Shown piece after piece: positions 36,990 to 50,140 of a DNA stretch of 64,000 nt. The stretch covers positions 11,821,048 through 11,885,047 of the forward strand of contig NC_081389.1 in NCBI RefSeq assembly GCF_030684315.1. Direction: 5' to 3'. The first letter of the stretch is position 1; every line of letters begins with the position of its first letter. The translations under genes were made by a program, and so were the position numbers. Below the pieces are notes generated by a model. That model was not told where the DNA came from, made no database searches, and saw only the letters and a program-made list of their open reading frames with translations. The DNA is from Stegostoma tigrinum. Lineage: Eukaryota.

Positions 36990-37870
36990 ATATGCTCCCT
37001 ACTTAACTACATATAATTCACTTATGATAAATAATAATATTTTATTATTCTTCCTAATTGCTGCGTGTAACATTTTGCGGTTCATGCACAAGGACACCCA
37101 AATCCCTCTGTATCTAAGCTCTGCAATCTCCCAGCATAATTTTTTGTTTTGTGTTCTACACACCAAAATGGACAAATTCGCATTTTTTTCCACATTGTAC
37201 TTCCTTTTCCAGCTCTTCAACTACTTACTTATCTGTAACTTTTTACATCCTCATTCTGTCCACTTTGCACCTGCTTTCCTGCATATCTTTGTCATCAGCA
37301 CGTTTGGCAACATTACCCTCTGTCCCAACATCTAATTGTTTATAAATTTGTAGCTAGTTGGGGTCCCAGCTCCAATGTCTGTAGTACATCTCTGACATTT
37401 TGTGAAGCCTCTGGAAGACCTGTGTATGTGTCCTTGTTGCGTCCTGTTAGCCAGTTAACTTTCTATCCTTGACAACCTAGTACCCAATACACAATGAGCT
37501 TTCATTTTCTGCAATAGCCTTTGATGTGGTAACGTAGTAAATGCCTGCTAGAAATCTAAATATAGTGCATCTACCAGTTCCTCTTTATCCAAATTATGTA
37601 ATATTTTTACAATAGATTGTTAGCGTGATTTCCCTTTCACAAAACAATGGTGACTCTGCCTGATTACCTTGAACTTATCCGAGTGTCCTCCTATTAACTT
37701 CATTGATAATTGCTTTTAACATGTCTCTATGACAGTCATTTGGCTTGTCATTTCCTGCTTTCTGCCTCCATCTACTTTTCTGATTAAAGGAGTTGCATCC
37801 ATCATCTTCCAATCCAATGGGGTCATCCCTGAATCAAGGAGGTTTCAGAAAATTAAAACCAATGCATCAC
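36990..37870 (-). mobile_element. Decayed CR1 LINE RT fragment in the CD276 IgV-IgC intron
   Basis: IAELRYRGIWV..AAIRKNNKIL.FI; aaatgcctgctagaaatctaaata (DF.KAF region). Confidence 0.75.
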
Positions 37871-38415
37871 CATTTCAGTAGGAACCTGGTGCAGAGTTGG
37901 GCTGACGTCATGGAGCTGCTCCCTCACTCAGCATAGATAGCACATTGTGGGCAGAATTAGTTAGAGTGATATCAAGTAAGGACTGTAGAGGGAATCATGA
38001 AGTAGACCAGCTCAAATGAGGTGATAGAATTTATGGAATAGTATTCCAAGATGGTAACAGAAAGAGTAGAGTTTGATATATTTCTGATTACCAATATTGT
38101 TTTATGTATAGTCTGAACTGTAATAAACAATGTTGTAAAGAGGCCTAAGCCTGAAAGCATTTTCTGTCTTATAGACCTGGCTATCTTTGAGCCAAATGCA
38201 TGAATGTGGGCATAAAATCACATGCCAAATGTAAAGGGGGCTGACAGTAATGTGGAGTTTAGATCACAACGAGGTCAACCATGACTTTATTGAATGGCAA
38301 AGCAGCCTTAAGTCCAAATGGCGTAATCCAACTCCCACAGTCCTACAACTCCTCGTCAGCCGTATGTCTTTGTAACTATTTGTTTTGCACTCATTAACAC
38401 AGCAGTTTTCAACAG

Positions 38416-38642
38416 CGATCGGAGATAATGGGAACTGCAGATGCTGGAGAATCCACAATAACGAAGTGCGGGGCTGGATGAACACAGCAGGCCAAGCAGC
38501 ATCTTAGGACCACAAGAGCTGATGTTTCGGGCCTAGACCCCCCTTCATTTCTGATGAGGGGCGTAGGCCCGAAACATCAGCTCTTGTGCTCCTAAGATGC
38601 TGCTTGGCCTGCTGTGTTCATCCAGCCCCACACTTTGTTAAC
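38416..38642. mobile_element. Palindromic Penelope-derived mini-element with 13-bp target-site duplication
   Basis: Near-perfect inverted arms spanning 38459-38640; flanks cagttttcaacag (38403-15) and cagtgttcaacag (38643-55). Confidence 0.85.
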
Positions 38643-38894
38643 CAGTGTTCAACAGTGCCAGATTTTGAAATGTGGAATTCTTGTTTTTGTTTTGTTAAGT
38701 GAAACGTCAAAGTTAGCAAAACCGAGATCGAAATGGTATGAAAATTACATAGTGATCTTTGGGCTTGTCAGGACTTGGGAAAGCTAACTGACCAAATGGC
38801 TGCAGAGATATTGACGAAGTTGTAATGTTCTTTTGGAGTGAAACACGTTGATTGGTTGAGAGTATTTGCTTTAGTTGTACTTCTGTCATTTCAG

Positions 38895-39191
38895 CTTCTT
38901 ACTCCAAACCCAACTTGCATTTGGAACCTAACAAGAATCTCAAGCCTGGCGATGAGGTGGCCATTACTTGCCACTCTTCTGGAGGTTACCCCCAAGCCAC
39001 AGTGCAGTGGCATGATGGGAAAGGGAGCAACATCACTGAGAATGTCACCACTTCGCAGGTGGCCAATGAGCAGGGTCTGTTTGACGTCCGCAGTGTGATC
39101 AGGGTGATACTGGAGCCCAACAGCACGTACAGTTGCATGGTGAGGAATGAGCTGCTGAATGAGGAGACCCAAGCCTTGGCAACCATTACAG
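38895..39191 (+). CDS. CD276: CD276 (B7-H3) IgC-domain exon
   Basis: TTTCAG acceptor ending at 38894, GTCAGT donor at 39192, phase 1/1, in frame with the IgV exon. YSKP..LEPNKNLKPGD.V.ITC.S.GGYP..NVTTSQVANEQGLFDV.S..TYSCMVRN..TITG is diagnostic of B7-H3. Confidence 0.95.
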
Positions 39192-39719
39192 GTCAGTCGC
39201 ACATTGTTGTTACCGACTTGCCGATGTGAGGCCTGCAAAATAGAATAGAGCATTGTAACAGCACAATTTGCACAGCGTTCATTCCAATTACTGTGAACTG
39301 CCTCAAAGGACTTCTGAAGTGTCTGAAACATCTGTTCATTCATTCTGCTCTGCAGTGAACCAGCTGAAAATCACTCCACATCACAATAGGATATCGGGAA
39401 AACATGTTTAGAAATTTTGATGGGCAATTTTCTTTTCTTTTTAGCGGGGGGAGTGGGGGAACATACACTGTTTCCAATTTTGTAGCCATTTAAGCCCATT
39501 ACGAACATGGAAAGTGATGACACTGTGACAGAAGCCTTGCAGTACCTGGGTGAGTGAGATTAACTAATATTATCTCTTCAAATCACACCTGTTTTTCATT
39601 GACAGCTGGTTACAGTTTTGTTTAACTTCTGTGAAGGCTAATCTGTTGGATCTCCTATAATGGAGCTGGAGCAATTTACTGTAGATGGGGTTAATAAGGA
39701 GGAGCTGTCTGACTGGCAA

Positions 39720-40230
39720 GTCGTAGAGTTATGCTGTCATACAGCATGGCAACAGTCCCTTTGGTCCAACCAATCCATGCTGAACCTAATCCCAAACTAA
39801 ACTAGTTTCACCTGCCTGCTCCTGACCCTATCCCTCCAAACGTTTCCTATTCATGTACTTATACAAATAAGTGTTGTAATTGTACCCACATCCACCACTT
39901 CCTCAGGAAGTTCATTCCACACATGAACTACCCTCTGTGTAAAAGAAAATTACCTATCGTGGATTTTTAAAAAAATCTCTCTCCTCTCTCCTCAAAAAAA
40001 AAAATATACCCACTGGTCTTGAAATCCCCCATCCCAGGGAAAAGACAACAACCATTAATTCTATCTATACCTGTCATTATTTTATAAGTCCCAGCCTGTC
40101 TTTATATAAATTGAACCTTTCATACCTGGCAACATCCTGGTAAATCTCTTTTGAACCCTCTCCAGCAAATAATACCCTTTCTATAACCAGGCGACCAGAA
40201 CTGGACAAGCTGGTAACTGGACCACACCAG
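39720..40230 (-). mobile_element. CR1 LINE 3' fragment
   Basis: cctggcaacatcctggtaaatctcttttgaaccctctccag; tail as at 14722. Confidence 0.8.
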
Positions 40231-42107
40231 TTTTTAGATCGTTTTTTTTTGTGGACTGAGTTGATGTGATCTGGAAATTCCCTGCCTGAAAGCAGGGTGG
40301 GGGTAATGGGAGCAGATTTAATACAGCTTCTGAAATGGAATATTTGGAAGGGAAACTTTGGAATGTAATGGTGTAATGACAAGGGAGTGAGACCAATTAT
40401 GTAGCTGGACAGAAGAGCCAACGTAGGCATGGACTGCTCAATGACCCCCAATGCTGTATTATTCTGTATTGAATGATAAAGGTGGATATCTTTACAATTC
40501 AGAATAAACCCCTCATCTCAAGTCTTTCTTGTGCATTTGAGTCAATGACTGAAGAGATTTTGCAACTGAATACTGTTAAATTAAGGCAGATTTAACAATT
40601 GGAAACTTTTAACCAGTAATCTGTCACAAAAGAAATTATACAAACAGCTCAATGTTTGTTGAGAAATGTGATTCTCTTCAATTAATTGAATTCTGAAAAT
40701 AACATTTAGCTTTTCCATTAAAAGTAATTGAACTGGGTCTTTGTTCGAGTTAGATTAGAACAAAGAAGGGATTTAAAGCCTTATTTAAAACAGTTAAATA
40801 ACAGGATTGCTTTGCAGTGTGTTTGTTCTGACCTTGTCAGTTTAATGTTAATTTGAAGGATTGATAGATTTAACCTTCAGGTTCAGTTGTCCATCATTTA
40901 TCTTGTCCTTAAGTTAGGAGGACAAGGCTGTATAAGTGCTCATTATTGGTTAAGTGCATGACCTCTCTGACATTAAATGTCATTGACTTAGCAAATATTA
41001 AATAAATGAAGCTGACAGTGATATATTCACATTTGCATTGTGATAAGCCTTCATTCAAAATCAAGTTTTACCAAACCTGTCCCAAAAGTCACCTTTCAGT
41101 TGAAGGTTCATTTCAGCTTGTTGTTATTTGCCAATAAACATGGGGTCCAACCACCAAAGAAGTGAAGATATGTGTTTTATTTATAAGATGTGGCTACCAC
41201 TGGCAAGACAAACATAGGTTGCTCATCTCCAAATGCCTTGCTGTGGGTCTGGAGTCACATATAGGCCACACCAGGTAAGGATGGTAAATTTCCTTCCTTA
41301 AAGAACGTTAGTGAACCAGATGGGTTTTTGTAGCAGTCAATAGCTTTATGGACATCACTCAGACTGGCTTTCAGTTACAAATTTTTGATTTATCGATTCA
41401 GCTTACGAATGAATGGATTTCAAATTGATTCAAACTTGAGTCCCCACAACCTCTGTCTGGACTGCTGGTTCACTTTTATTCCCATTACAGCACTGTCTCC
41501 CCATATACATATAGGAATCTAAAGAGCACTTGAACATGGGACGAACACTCTGATTGGATTTTCTCTGGATCCCATACATAGTCGAAAGAAATAAGGCATG
41601 ATAACCATGCCACCGCCCCCCCCCCCCCCATCACTCCTGAGGTCTACCGGTCAATCAGCATGTGCAGAGGGCAGTGAGAATGGGTTTTAAGAGTTGTCGG
41701 CCACACTGTCGTATTGGATTCCAAGAATGAAATGCGCAAGAGTACCCAAGGAATCAAAGCTTAGTCCTGTAGGAAACCACCCCTGGTACCTAGAAGAGGC
41801 CATAAAACTCCAACGTGACTTACCCACCTTCAGTGTTTTCATACCATCTGTCTTTCAATCATGGAAGATATTGCTTTAAACGTGAGCAAAGAACCTTTCT
41901 GCCTCATTTGATTAGCTTTCGTTGTGGAAGGGTTGGAGCTAAACTTTGGGAACAGATAGCATTCCCCCGTGTCGTTGTCACTTGCACCCTGTTACAGTTG
42001 TAAGATTCAATTACAGAGATGCGAATCCATCACAGTTCAAAATTTTTGCTGATACTTGACTGATGGAGTTCAGAATGCCGAAATGAAAGTAAAAGTTAAA
42101 GCAAAAG

Positions 42108-42418
42108 AGTGGCTGAATGGATAGCATTGCTACCTCGCAGTGCCAGAGATCTGGGTTTGACTGCAACCTTTGTGGAGTTTGCATGTTCTCCCATGTTCGT
42201 GTGGGTTTCCTCCTGGTGCTTCTGTTAGCTCCTGCAGTCCAAAGTTGTGCAGGTTATGTGGATTGTCCATGCTAAACTGTCCATGTTCAGGCTAAGTGAA
42301 TTACCTATTGGAAAATGCAGGGATAGGGTGGGGTGGGGCTGGGTGGGATGGTCTTCAGAGGGTTGGTGCAGACCTGATGGGCCGCTTGGCTATTTTCTGC
42401 AGTGTAGGGATTCTATAA
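42108..42418 (+). mobile_element. HE1-type SINE
   Basis: Same head, core and tail, more diverged. Confidence 0.8.
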
Positions 42419-45400
42419 CTCCAAAAGCAGAAAATGCTGGAAATGCTCAAGAAGTCAGGCAGCAACTGAAATAAAACTCTTGTTAATAAGTTGCTCAGCA
42501 TTGAACAACTGCTGACATTCTTTTTTTTTGCAATGAAGTTCATTGGTGTGAAAGTTACTTTTTGGTTCTGTTGTTAGCTCAACTGTTTTGAACTGCAACA
42601 TATCCATTTTTATGACCCAGATTACCAGTTTTCTTTGCCGTGGATTTTGAAGGTTTCAGCTTAATAATTCAAAGTGACTGCCTTGAGGGTGACCAGCGAA
42701 GGTTACAGCTGCTCAACTCATTATCTCCCACTGAAAGTTGCCTTAGAGATGAAGGGGAAGATTTCCAGCCTGATCATTGAAACATGCAATTAGAGATGCC
42801 ATTGTCCTACATCTTTCTGGCAAGGTTGCCAGCCAGAACCGTGTGCACTTCAATAGAGATTGAAGATGTAGCTGTGTGGGAGTTAGTTATCATTGTAATG
42901 TGCCATCACATGCTGACTGACTGAGATTTTCCCTGAAGACTGGCATCTTGCTGTTGTGCAAATGTTCAAAAGTCTATTTTTACAGAACTGTAGGACTTCT
43001 TTGCTCGTTATCATGTGTTACTGACATTGTGAACACAGTGGGAAGATTCCCTCTGTCTGACCTGCTTTTGATTAGCAGTGGTCAACATGCAAAAGCTTTT
43101 GTTTTCTTGAGTGCTATCTGCATGATACCACTAAAGTAACAGATACCTCCTCCAGTAACAGATGGAACAGAAATTCTTCCTCCTTAGAAGAGCAGGTTTC
43201 ATTGAGTGAATGCTGCTGATTGTGAACTAGCCTTGCATATTGAGAAATTACAGATCTGGCATGGGAGAGGCAGCACACACCCCCAGCATTAGTTCCCAAC
43301 ATTCAAAGTTGCTCGCATCTGATATGGTAAACCAATATAAAACACACATTTACTCCCAGCTGCTCCAGTTATGGGCATCTACTCTAGGAAGGCTTGAGAA
43401 ACAGGTGTTGCTGCCCTTGATCTTTTAGATGGGGGTCACTGAAAGCTTGTGAAGTGTCCTAAGAGGTCTACAGCACAGAAAGGGGCCCAACAAAGCCACA
43501 CTAGTCCAAAAACAAGCCCATAATCATTCCAATCACGTTTTTGAGCATTTGGCCCATAACGTTGTGTGCTTGGCACATTTAAATATTTAAACGTTAAGAG
43601 GGTTTCTGCCTCTGTCGCCCTTAAAATTACCTGAAGAGTTTGGCAGATTGTGACTAATGCGTTGCAGTCACTTTACATCAGTGATGGAGGAGATGGATAT
43701 TGCAAAAAAGTGGCTGTGCTTACATTTAAGCTGGCTTTTTCCTTGTATTTATCTCCCTGAGCTTTGGAGATCCAGTGAAATAGTATTCCACTGCTCCCTG
43801 GCCATCCACTTTGTAATTTGTGGAGGGCTTTTGGGAGTCGAAAGGTGAGCCACTTGCTGCAAAATGCACACAGTTCTCGTGTAGCTCTAGCAGTAATACA
43901 ACTGGCCCAGTCATGGCATTTATAGTGAGTCAGCGAGGTTTTTCAGAGCCTCCACGTTATGAAGTCATAATCCTCCTGTTTCTCTGGCATGTTTCATTGT
44001 GCCAAAGCTTCTGATTACACAGCCGAGCATAAGTGTGTGAGGAGGTGGTGAAGGAAATTGTCAAACAAGCCACCGTGAAGTTTAACACACAGGCTGTTCG
44101 TAACTCCTACATTTGTGAAATGATGAGATGAGAACTTACAGACTACTTGTGTGTATTTCTTTTGTTATTTATCATTGGAAAGACTGGATTTGAGTGGTGG
44201 CTGCATTCTGCTTAACATACCAAACAAGCTGAAATTTGAGTGCATCTGATGAGAGAAATATGATCCTGTGGTGATTTGTAATAAGGTCAGCCAACTGGAC
44301 ATCGTAGAATGAGTTCCCCAATTGGGGCTGTTAATTTGGTCCAATCAGGGAGATCTGCATGACATGAAAAGATTGAGTTAACATTTCAGGTCTGGTGACC
44401 CTCCCCTCAGAACCAGGAAGGGGTACTGGCACTCTCATACCTAACCCTGTATGAGGCAGCACTATGGTCAAGGACTGTCCTTGTATAAATAAAGGGTGAC
44501 TTTGTGACAAGATAACAGCTTCCAAAGACTTTCAGATCTCTGGCCTAATTTTTACAGGATCCACTTTAATGATTCGTGATCTTTGCGAAAATGCCTGACT
44601 GCAAAATGAAGGGAGGAAGTAAAATTGCTCACCTTTAAATGTAATAACATTGCTTTGCCAGTTGAAAGCCTTAGCAATCTTAAATGGGTGTGTACATGGT
44701 TATCGCATGAGAGCTGAGCCCATATCTGCCCACTCTTCTAATTCTCATACATTCCCTCTTCCTGTTTGATACAAGGGCATGTTGGCATTTTGGTCTCGAA
44801 GACCTATTGAGAGAGCCTAGAAAGAGAACTTGCCCTATCCCCCATAAGAACATAATGTCAGTCATCAGTCATGGCTGAGTTGATAACACGCTCATCTCTG
44901 GCTCAAAGTCTTGGGTTCCACTGAGTCAAGTGCAAGCATCTAGGCTGATGCTCCAGTGCACCGCGATAGGCATGCTGCACTGTCAGAGGACTTCGCCTTC
45001 CAGGGAAAGGCATTCCAACTGAAGCATGAATACAAAATATCATATTGTGCCATTCCAAAGTGAAATGGGGATGTTCTCCCCCTGGTGACTGCCATCAACC
45101 AATGTCACAAAATAACTGCAAGATCTGGCCATGATTATGTTGTTATGTGTGGAACCTTGGAGAATGGCTACCTCAACTTCCTACGTTACAGCAGTGACAA
45201 GAACCTGTGAAGGGCCACATTCTACTGACTTACGAATAAGTGCAAGTTCTTGCTTTGAGTTAACAGCGACTTGACAGCTCTTTAGCGGGTGCTTTGAGGC
45301 TGTCCTGTGCAAGCATATGTTGTGAGATATTAACATTGAATGAAGTGTGGCAGTATGAGCACAGTTCAGGATATGGCATTGCTGATCTCACTTGTCAGTG

Positions 45401-45636
45401 ATACGCCTGGCTTTCCTTTTTCACTTTCTGCTCTGTTGGACTGGCAAATGAAAAGCTACAGCATCTCTTTTTTGACACTGAATGCAGCCTTTGGATTTAT
45501 TAAAACTGAAGCGAGCTGTCTGGGAGGAGGGGGGAGGTTTTTTAAAAAAAAGAATGAGAATGGATTTCCAGGAGTTAGGAGTAGGCAAAAGTACATTGAA
45601 GGCCCTTTTAGTTTTAAGGCAAATTGAATCCAGGGC

Positions 45637-47109
45637 AAACTCCTAGGCCCTATATTTTGAAATTCTTTCTCTGCACCTCTCTGTTTAATAGTGTAACGTC
45701 TTCAAGACCCTGGAGCAACCTTGTGATGATGTCTCAGAACTGTGCATTAATATGCATAAGTAGCACAGCATGAACAGAGTTAGAACAGAATTCTTGATTT
45801 GGAACAACTTTCTGGAAGACTGACATGAGTGCATGGATAGAGTAGTTCCTACTGCATGTTTTCCCCTGGTGCCATAGTCCAGTTTATCCTGTTGAGTTGT
45901 GTTTGTCAATGTTTGTAATGAGAAGGGTTATTGTAAACATTTGGTCACACATTTCCTATTGCAAACACTAAATGGTCAAACGCCAATTTTAATGGGAAAC
46001 GAGACGGAGGAGGCATTATGGGGGTGTGCTGATTTTTCTTGTTGTGGTCTGCTTGTTTCCAGTTCTTACGTTTGTCCAGCGGAAACTCATTTGGGCACTT
46101 TTCTGGAAAAGGAATTGAGAAAAATTTGGATTCACTCAATGTGATTTTTTTTTTTTCTTTTTGAAATCGGCTGCTCATCACAGTTGATCCAGGTCTTAGA
46201 CCCCTTTTCGTGCATCTATTCCCTGGCACATATTGGGGGTTGATTGTGCAACCTTCCATGTTCTAATGCTTCCCTTCGAAACCGGACAATGATTTCATCA
46301 ATATAAGTTGTCCAAGGGTTTGTCATTGTACTCTGTTTCAGTCCAAGCTGAATGAGATGAATATCAGCCCAGTGTGCTCAAATGAGGAATGTCCAAATAA
46401 CTTTGCCATTAGTGTTTTAAAGAATGTGTTAACGTGACAGTAACAATATATATGATTCCATAAGCTGTAACAGACAGAAATGTGAATACATACCAAAAAA
46501 CTGAAAGAACTGCTGAAATTGGAAGTCTGAAACCAAAACAGAAATTGTTGGAAAATCTCAGCAGGTCTGGCAGCAGCTGTGGAGGGAAATCCGAGTTAAT
46601 GTGACCCTTCTTCGGAACTCTGCAGCACAGATGCTGCTAGACCTACTGAGATTTTCCAACAATTTCTGTTTTTGTTTCAAATATGTGAATGTGCTTTATT
46701 CCACAGTCTATGGCAGGGAAGTTGAACAGCGCCCAGGGACTTGGTGCAGTTTTGACTTGTTCTGAAAAAGGGGAACTGTGATAAACCATGAAAATACAGA
46801 TGATAAAATGTCTTCAATCGTTCTGATTGCTGTGAAATTTGCCCCTTGACATTCCTCTATCTGAATCACTCCATCGCTAGCAGTCTCTTCAACCTCCTAG
46901 GCCCAACACTTTGAAGTGGTTTCTCTGCCCCTCTCCATTTAATTATATAAAGTCTTCAAGACCCTGGAGCATCCTTGTGATAATGTTTCAGAGCTGCGCA
47001 TTAATATGCGTAAGTAGCACTGTGAACAGAGTTAGAACAGAATATTCGATTAGGGACAACTTTCTGGAAAACTCATGAGCACATGGATAGATTAGTTCCT
47101 ACTGCATGT
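45637..47109 (+). repeat. Diverged ~220-bp direct repeat pair (45637-45859 and 46891-47109)
   Basis: Shared blocks ctcctaggccc, gtcttcaagaccctggagca, gcattaatatgc.taagtagcac, tgaacagagttagaacagaat, acaactttctggaa and tagttcctactgcatgt. Confidence 0.9.
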
Positions 47110-47394
47110 GACTGTAAATCAGACCCTGCTGTATTAATTATTACCATGAATAGCAGTATTTGATATTAATAATAAAAAGCTAGATGGATTCACTACTGCT
47201 ATTGAGAAGTATGAGTGGATAATTTGACTTGGCAATGATCTTATAGCAGATGCTGTAGAATCCATAAGGATGTATAACAAAAGGACTAGATACTGCTGAG
47301 AATAGTCTGTAAACTCCCCAACATCTGTTTTGTACATCAGAGAATAAATCAAGAAACAAATAGGGCATGTAAAAAAAAAATGCAGTGCATTAAT

Positions 47395-50140
47395 CATAAG
47401 TAACTTTGATCTTCTCATTGATTAGGAATATCAAATGAACAAAAGGTTCTGGAAGGATTCATAGAAAGTGCTCCAAGAAACTATTCTGAAAAATGTGTCA
47501 TGGATCCAACCAGGGATCATGCAATTTTGGATCTAGTACTGTAAAGTATTGAGGTTGGTTTAATAATAATCTTGGAGTAAAAGATCCCTGGCTAGGACAA
47601 GAGATCAGACCATTGTATATTTCAGCATTAAGTTTGAGAGTGAGAAACTTGCATTGAAAACAACTATGCCATATACAAGTAACGGTAATTAAATAGGAAA
47701 TAAGGGTAGAGTTAGCTGGGAAAGGGGTTTAGTCGACAAGACAGCGAGGAACGAAAGCAGATGGTTAAGAAAATAGTTTATGATTCAGAGCAAAGATATA
47801 GCCCATTGAGAAAGAAGGACTTTAGGAAGGGGAATAAACCAATCTTGGTTAACCAAGGAATTTTAGGATTGTTGGCACTCACTCACTGATATATTTGATT
47901 ATGAACCTGGGACATTTAAGGATTGCCAGCAATCATTTACCAACGAATAAGATCATCCATCGAGGAAATTCTGTTACACTGGTCATGGGTTTTGTGGGTT
48001 GTTGTGTGGCTGACGAGCGTGATCCTAGAGCCACATGTCCAACCACATTTGTCAGATGTTGCCAGGAAGTAGAATTGATTCTTGGCTTTGAATGTTGGCT
48101 CGTTTTAAGGATAATATCAAATTGAAAGTGAAACATAAAACGTGGTCAAGACTAGTAACAAACCGGAAGGTTATACAAGCCGACATAAGATGATTAAAAA
48201 AATGTTTTAGCTTTTCCCTCTTAATATCAATGTAAACTAGCTATAGTCTAACTCAATATAAAATTTGAAAAGTGAGGCCAAAATGAACAGACCCTATAGA
48301 CAGTCAGGCTGGGAAATAATAACTGGGAGCCAGGAAATGATAAGAGGACTTGAATGAATAGTTTGCATCAGTCTTCGTGGTAGAAGACACCAGTGATAAT
48401 TCAGACATGATGTAAACGAGGGGCTAGGTAAAAGGGCGTATAGCAATAAATAGAGGAAATTTTATTAGGAAAATATACAAGGAAAGCTACTGGAGCTAAA
48501 GGCCATGGACTAGAAAGGTTGCATCCTGAGAATTTGAACAAAAAAGCTTCAGAATTAATGACTGTTCTGGTTATGTTCTTCCAAGAATCCTTAGATTCTG
48601 GGAAAGTCCCAGAGGATTGAAAACTGTTAATGTAACGGCCTTATTCAAAAATGCAGGGACATTATTAAGTGGTAACCAGATTGCTTAACATCTGTCATTG
48701 GCAAAATGTTAGAATCCAATACTAGATCTGTAATTGCAGGGCACTTATAAACACACAATACAATCAAGCAGAGTCAGCATGGGTACTTAAAGGGGAAACT
48801 TACCTAATAAATTTATTACGTGGGGATGCTGGAGTTGGACTGGGGTGCACAAAGTCAAAAATCACACAACACAATGTTTATAGTCCAACAGGTTTATTAG
48901 AAAACACATGCTGTTTCAGTCACTCTCCTCCTTCAAGTGCTCCTTCAGCACCTGAAGGAGGAGAGAGGGAGAGAGAGAGACTCCTAAAGCTTGTGTTTTC
49001 AAATAAACCTGGGGAATAAATTTATTAGAATTCTTTTGAGGAGGTAACAAGTAGGATATATAAAAGTGGAGACCAGTGGATTTAATATCTTTGGACTTCC
49101 AGAAGCCATTTGATAAGGTAAACCACACTAAGGCCACTTCATTCGATAAGAGCTGATGGTGTTGTTGGTAATGTTTTTGCATGGATAGAGGACTGGTTAA
49201 TTAAAAGAATAGAGTTGGGATAGAAGGGGCTTTTCCACAAAAATAACTAGTGGAGTTCTATAGGGACCAGTGCTGACCCCACTGTTGTTTACCATGCAGC
49301 GTGGCTTGAATGAGGAAAACGAACGTACTAACACTAAGTTTGAAGATGACACAGTTTACAGAGGGATACAGACAGGTTAACTGAAATGGTAACAACTTGG
49401 CAGCTGGTATATAACATTGGGATTTTGCATTTTGGCAGGAAGAATAGAAGAACTGAATGTTATTTGTATGGAAAGAGGCTGTAGAAAGCTGCAGCACCAA
49501 GGGATTTGAGTGTTCATTGCGTGAGTCATGAAAACCTAGCATTTAACTTCAAGCAATAAGGAAGGCAAATGGACTGTGACCATTATTTCATAGGGAATTG
49601 AGTAGGCAAAGTGTTATCATGCCCAGCTGGATTACCATGAACCATTTTGGTTCCCTTATCTAATAGACGATATGCTGGCATGAGAGGCAGCCCATGTAAG
49701 TTTCACTAGGTTGGTCCTGGGCATTGAAGGATTTTCTCATTTGGGATGTTGAGTTTCCACTTATGAAGCGGTTAGATGATAGGGGAAGACTTTCTTAAAA
49801 CAGATATGGTTACTAGGGTCTTCGACAAGGTAAATGCAGTTAGGATGTTTCCTTTTTTGGGAGAACCTTAGACCGGCGTGTGTGATCTCAAAGTGAAGGG
49901 TTGCACGTTTAAAGCAGGGATGAGGACGATTTTATTCTCTGAGAGGGTAGTGAATCTGTGGAATCCTTCAGCAGAGAGTGCTGACAAGGCTGGGTCATTT
50001 AGGATACTTAAGATTGGGATGGATTTTTAATCAGTAAGAGTAATGGTGAGAGGTAGGAAAGTGGAGTTGAAGGTTATCAGATCAGCCTTGATTTCATTGG
50101 ATGGCAGAACAAACATGATGGGCTGAATGGCCTACTTCTC
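47395..50140 (+). mobile_element. Old, heavily decayed CR1 LINE (endonuclease end through RT to 3' end)
   Basis: Recognisable CR1 nucleotide motifs (ttggacttccagaagccatttgataaggt, gtagtgaatctgtggaat, gatgggctgaatggcctacttct) with many stops. Interrupted at 48819-49014. Confidence 0.8.
48819..49014. mobile_element. Palindromic mini-element of a second Penelope-type family with perfect 13-bp TSD
   Basis: aataaatttatta at 48806-18 and 49015-27; internal inverted arms caggtttatt..aataaacctg. Confidence 0.8.

Noticed and set aside
45899-46144. EEALWG.. ORF as the CD276 transmembrane exon
   Set aside because: Only a superficial ALW match, with no continuous hydrophobic helix or suitable acceptor.
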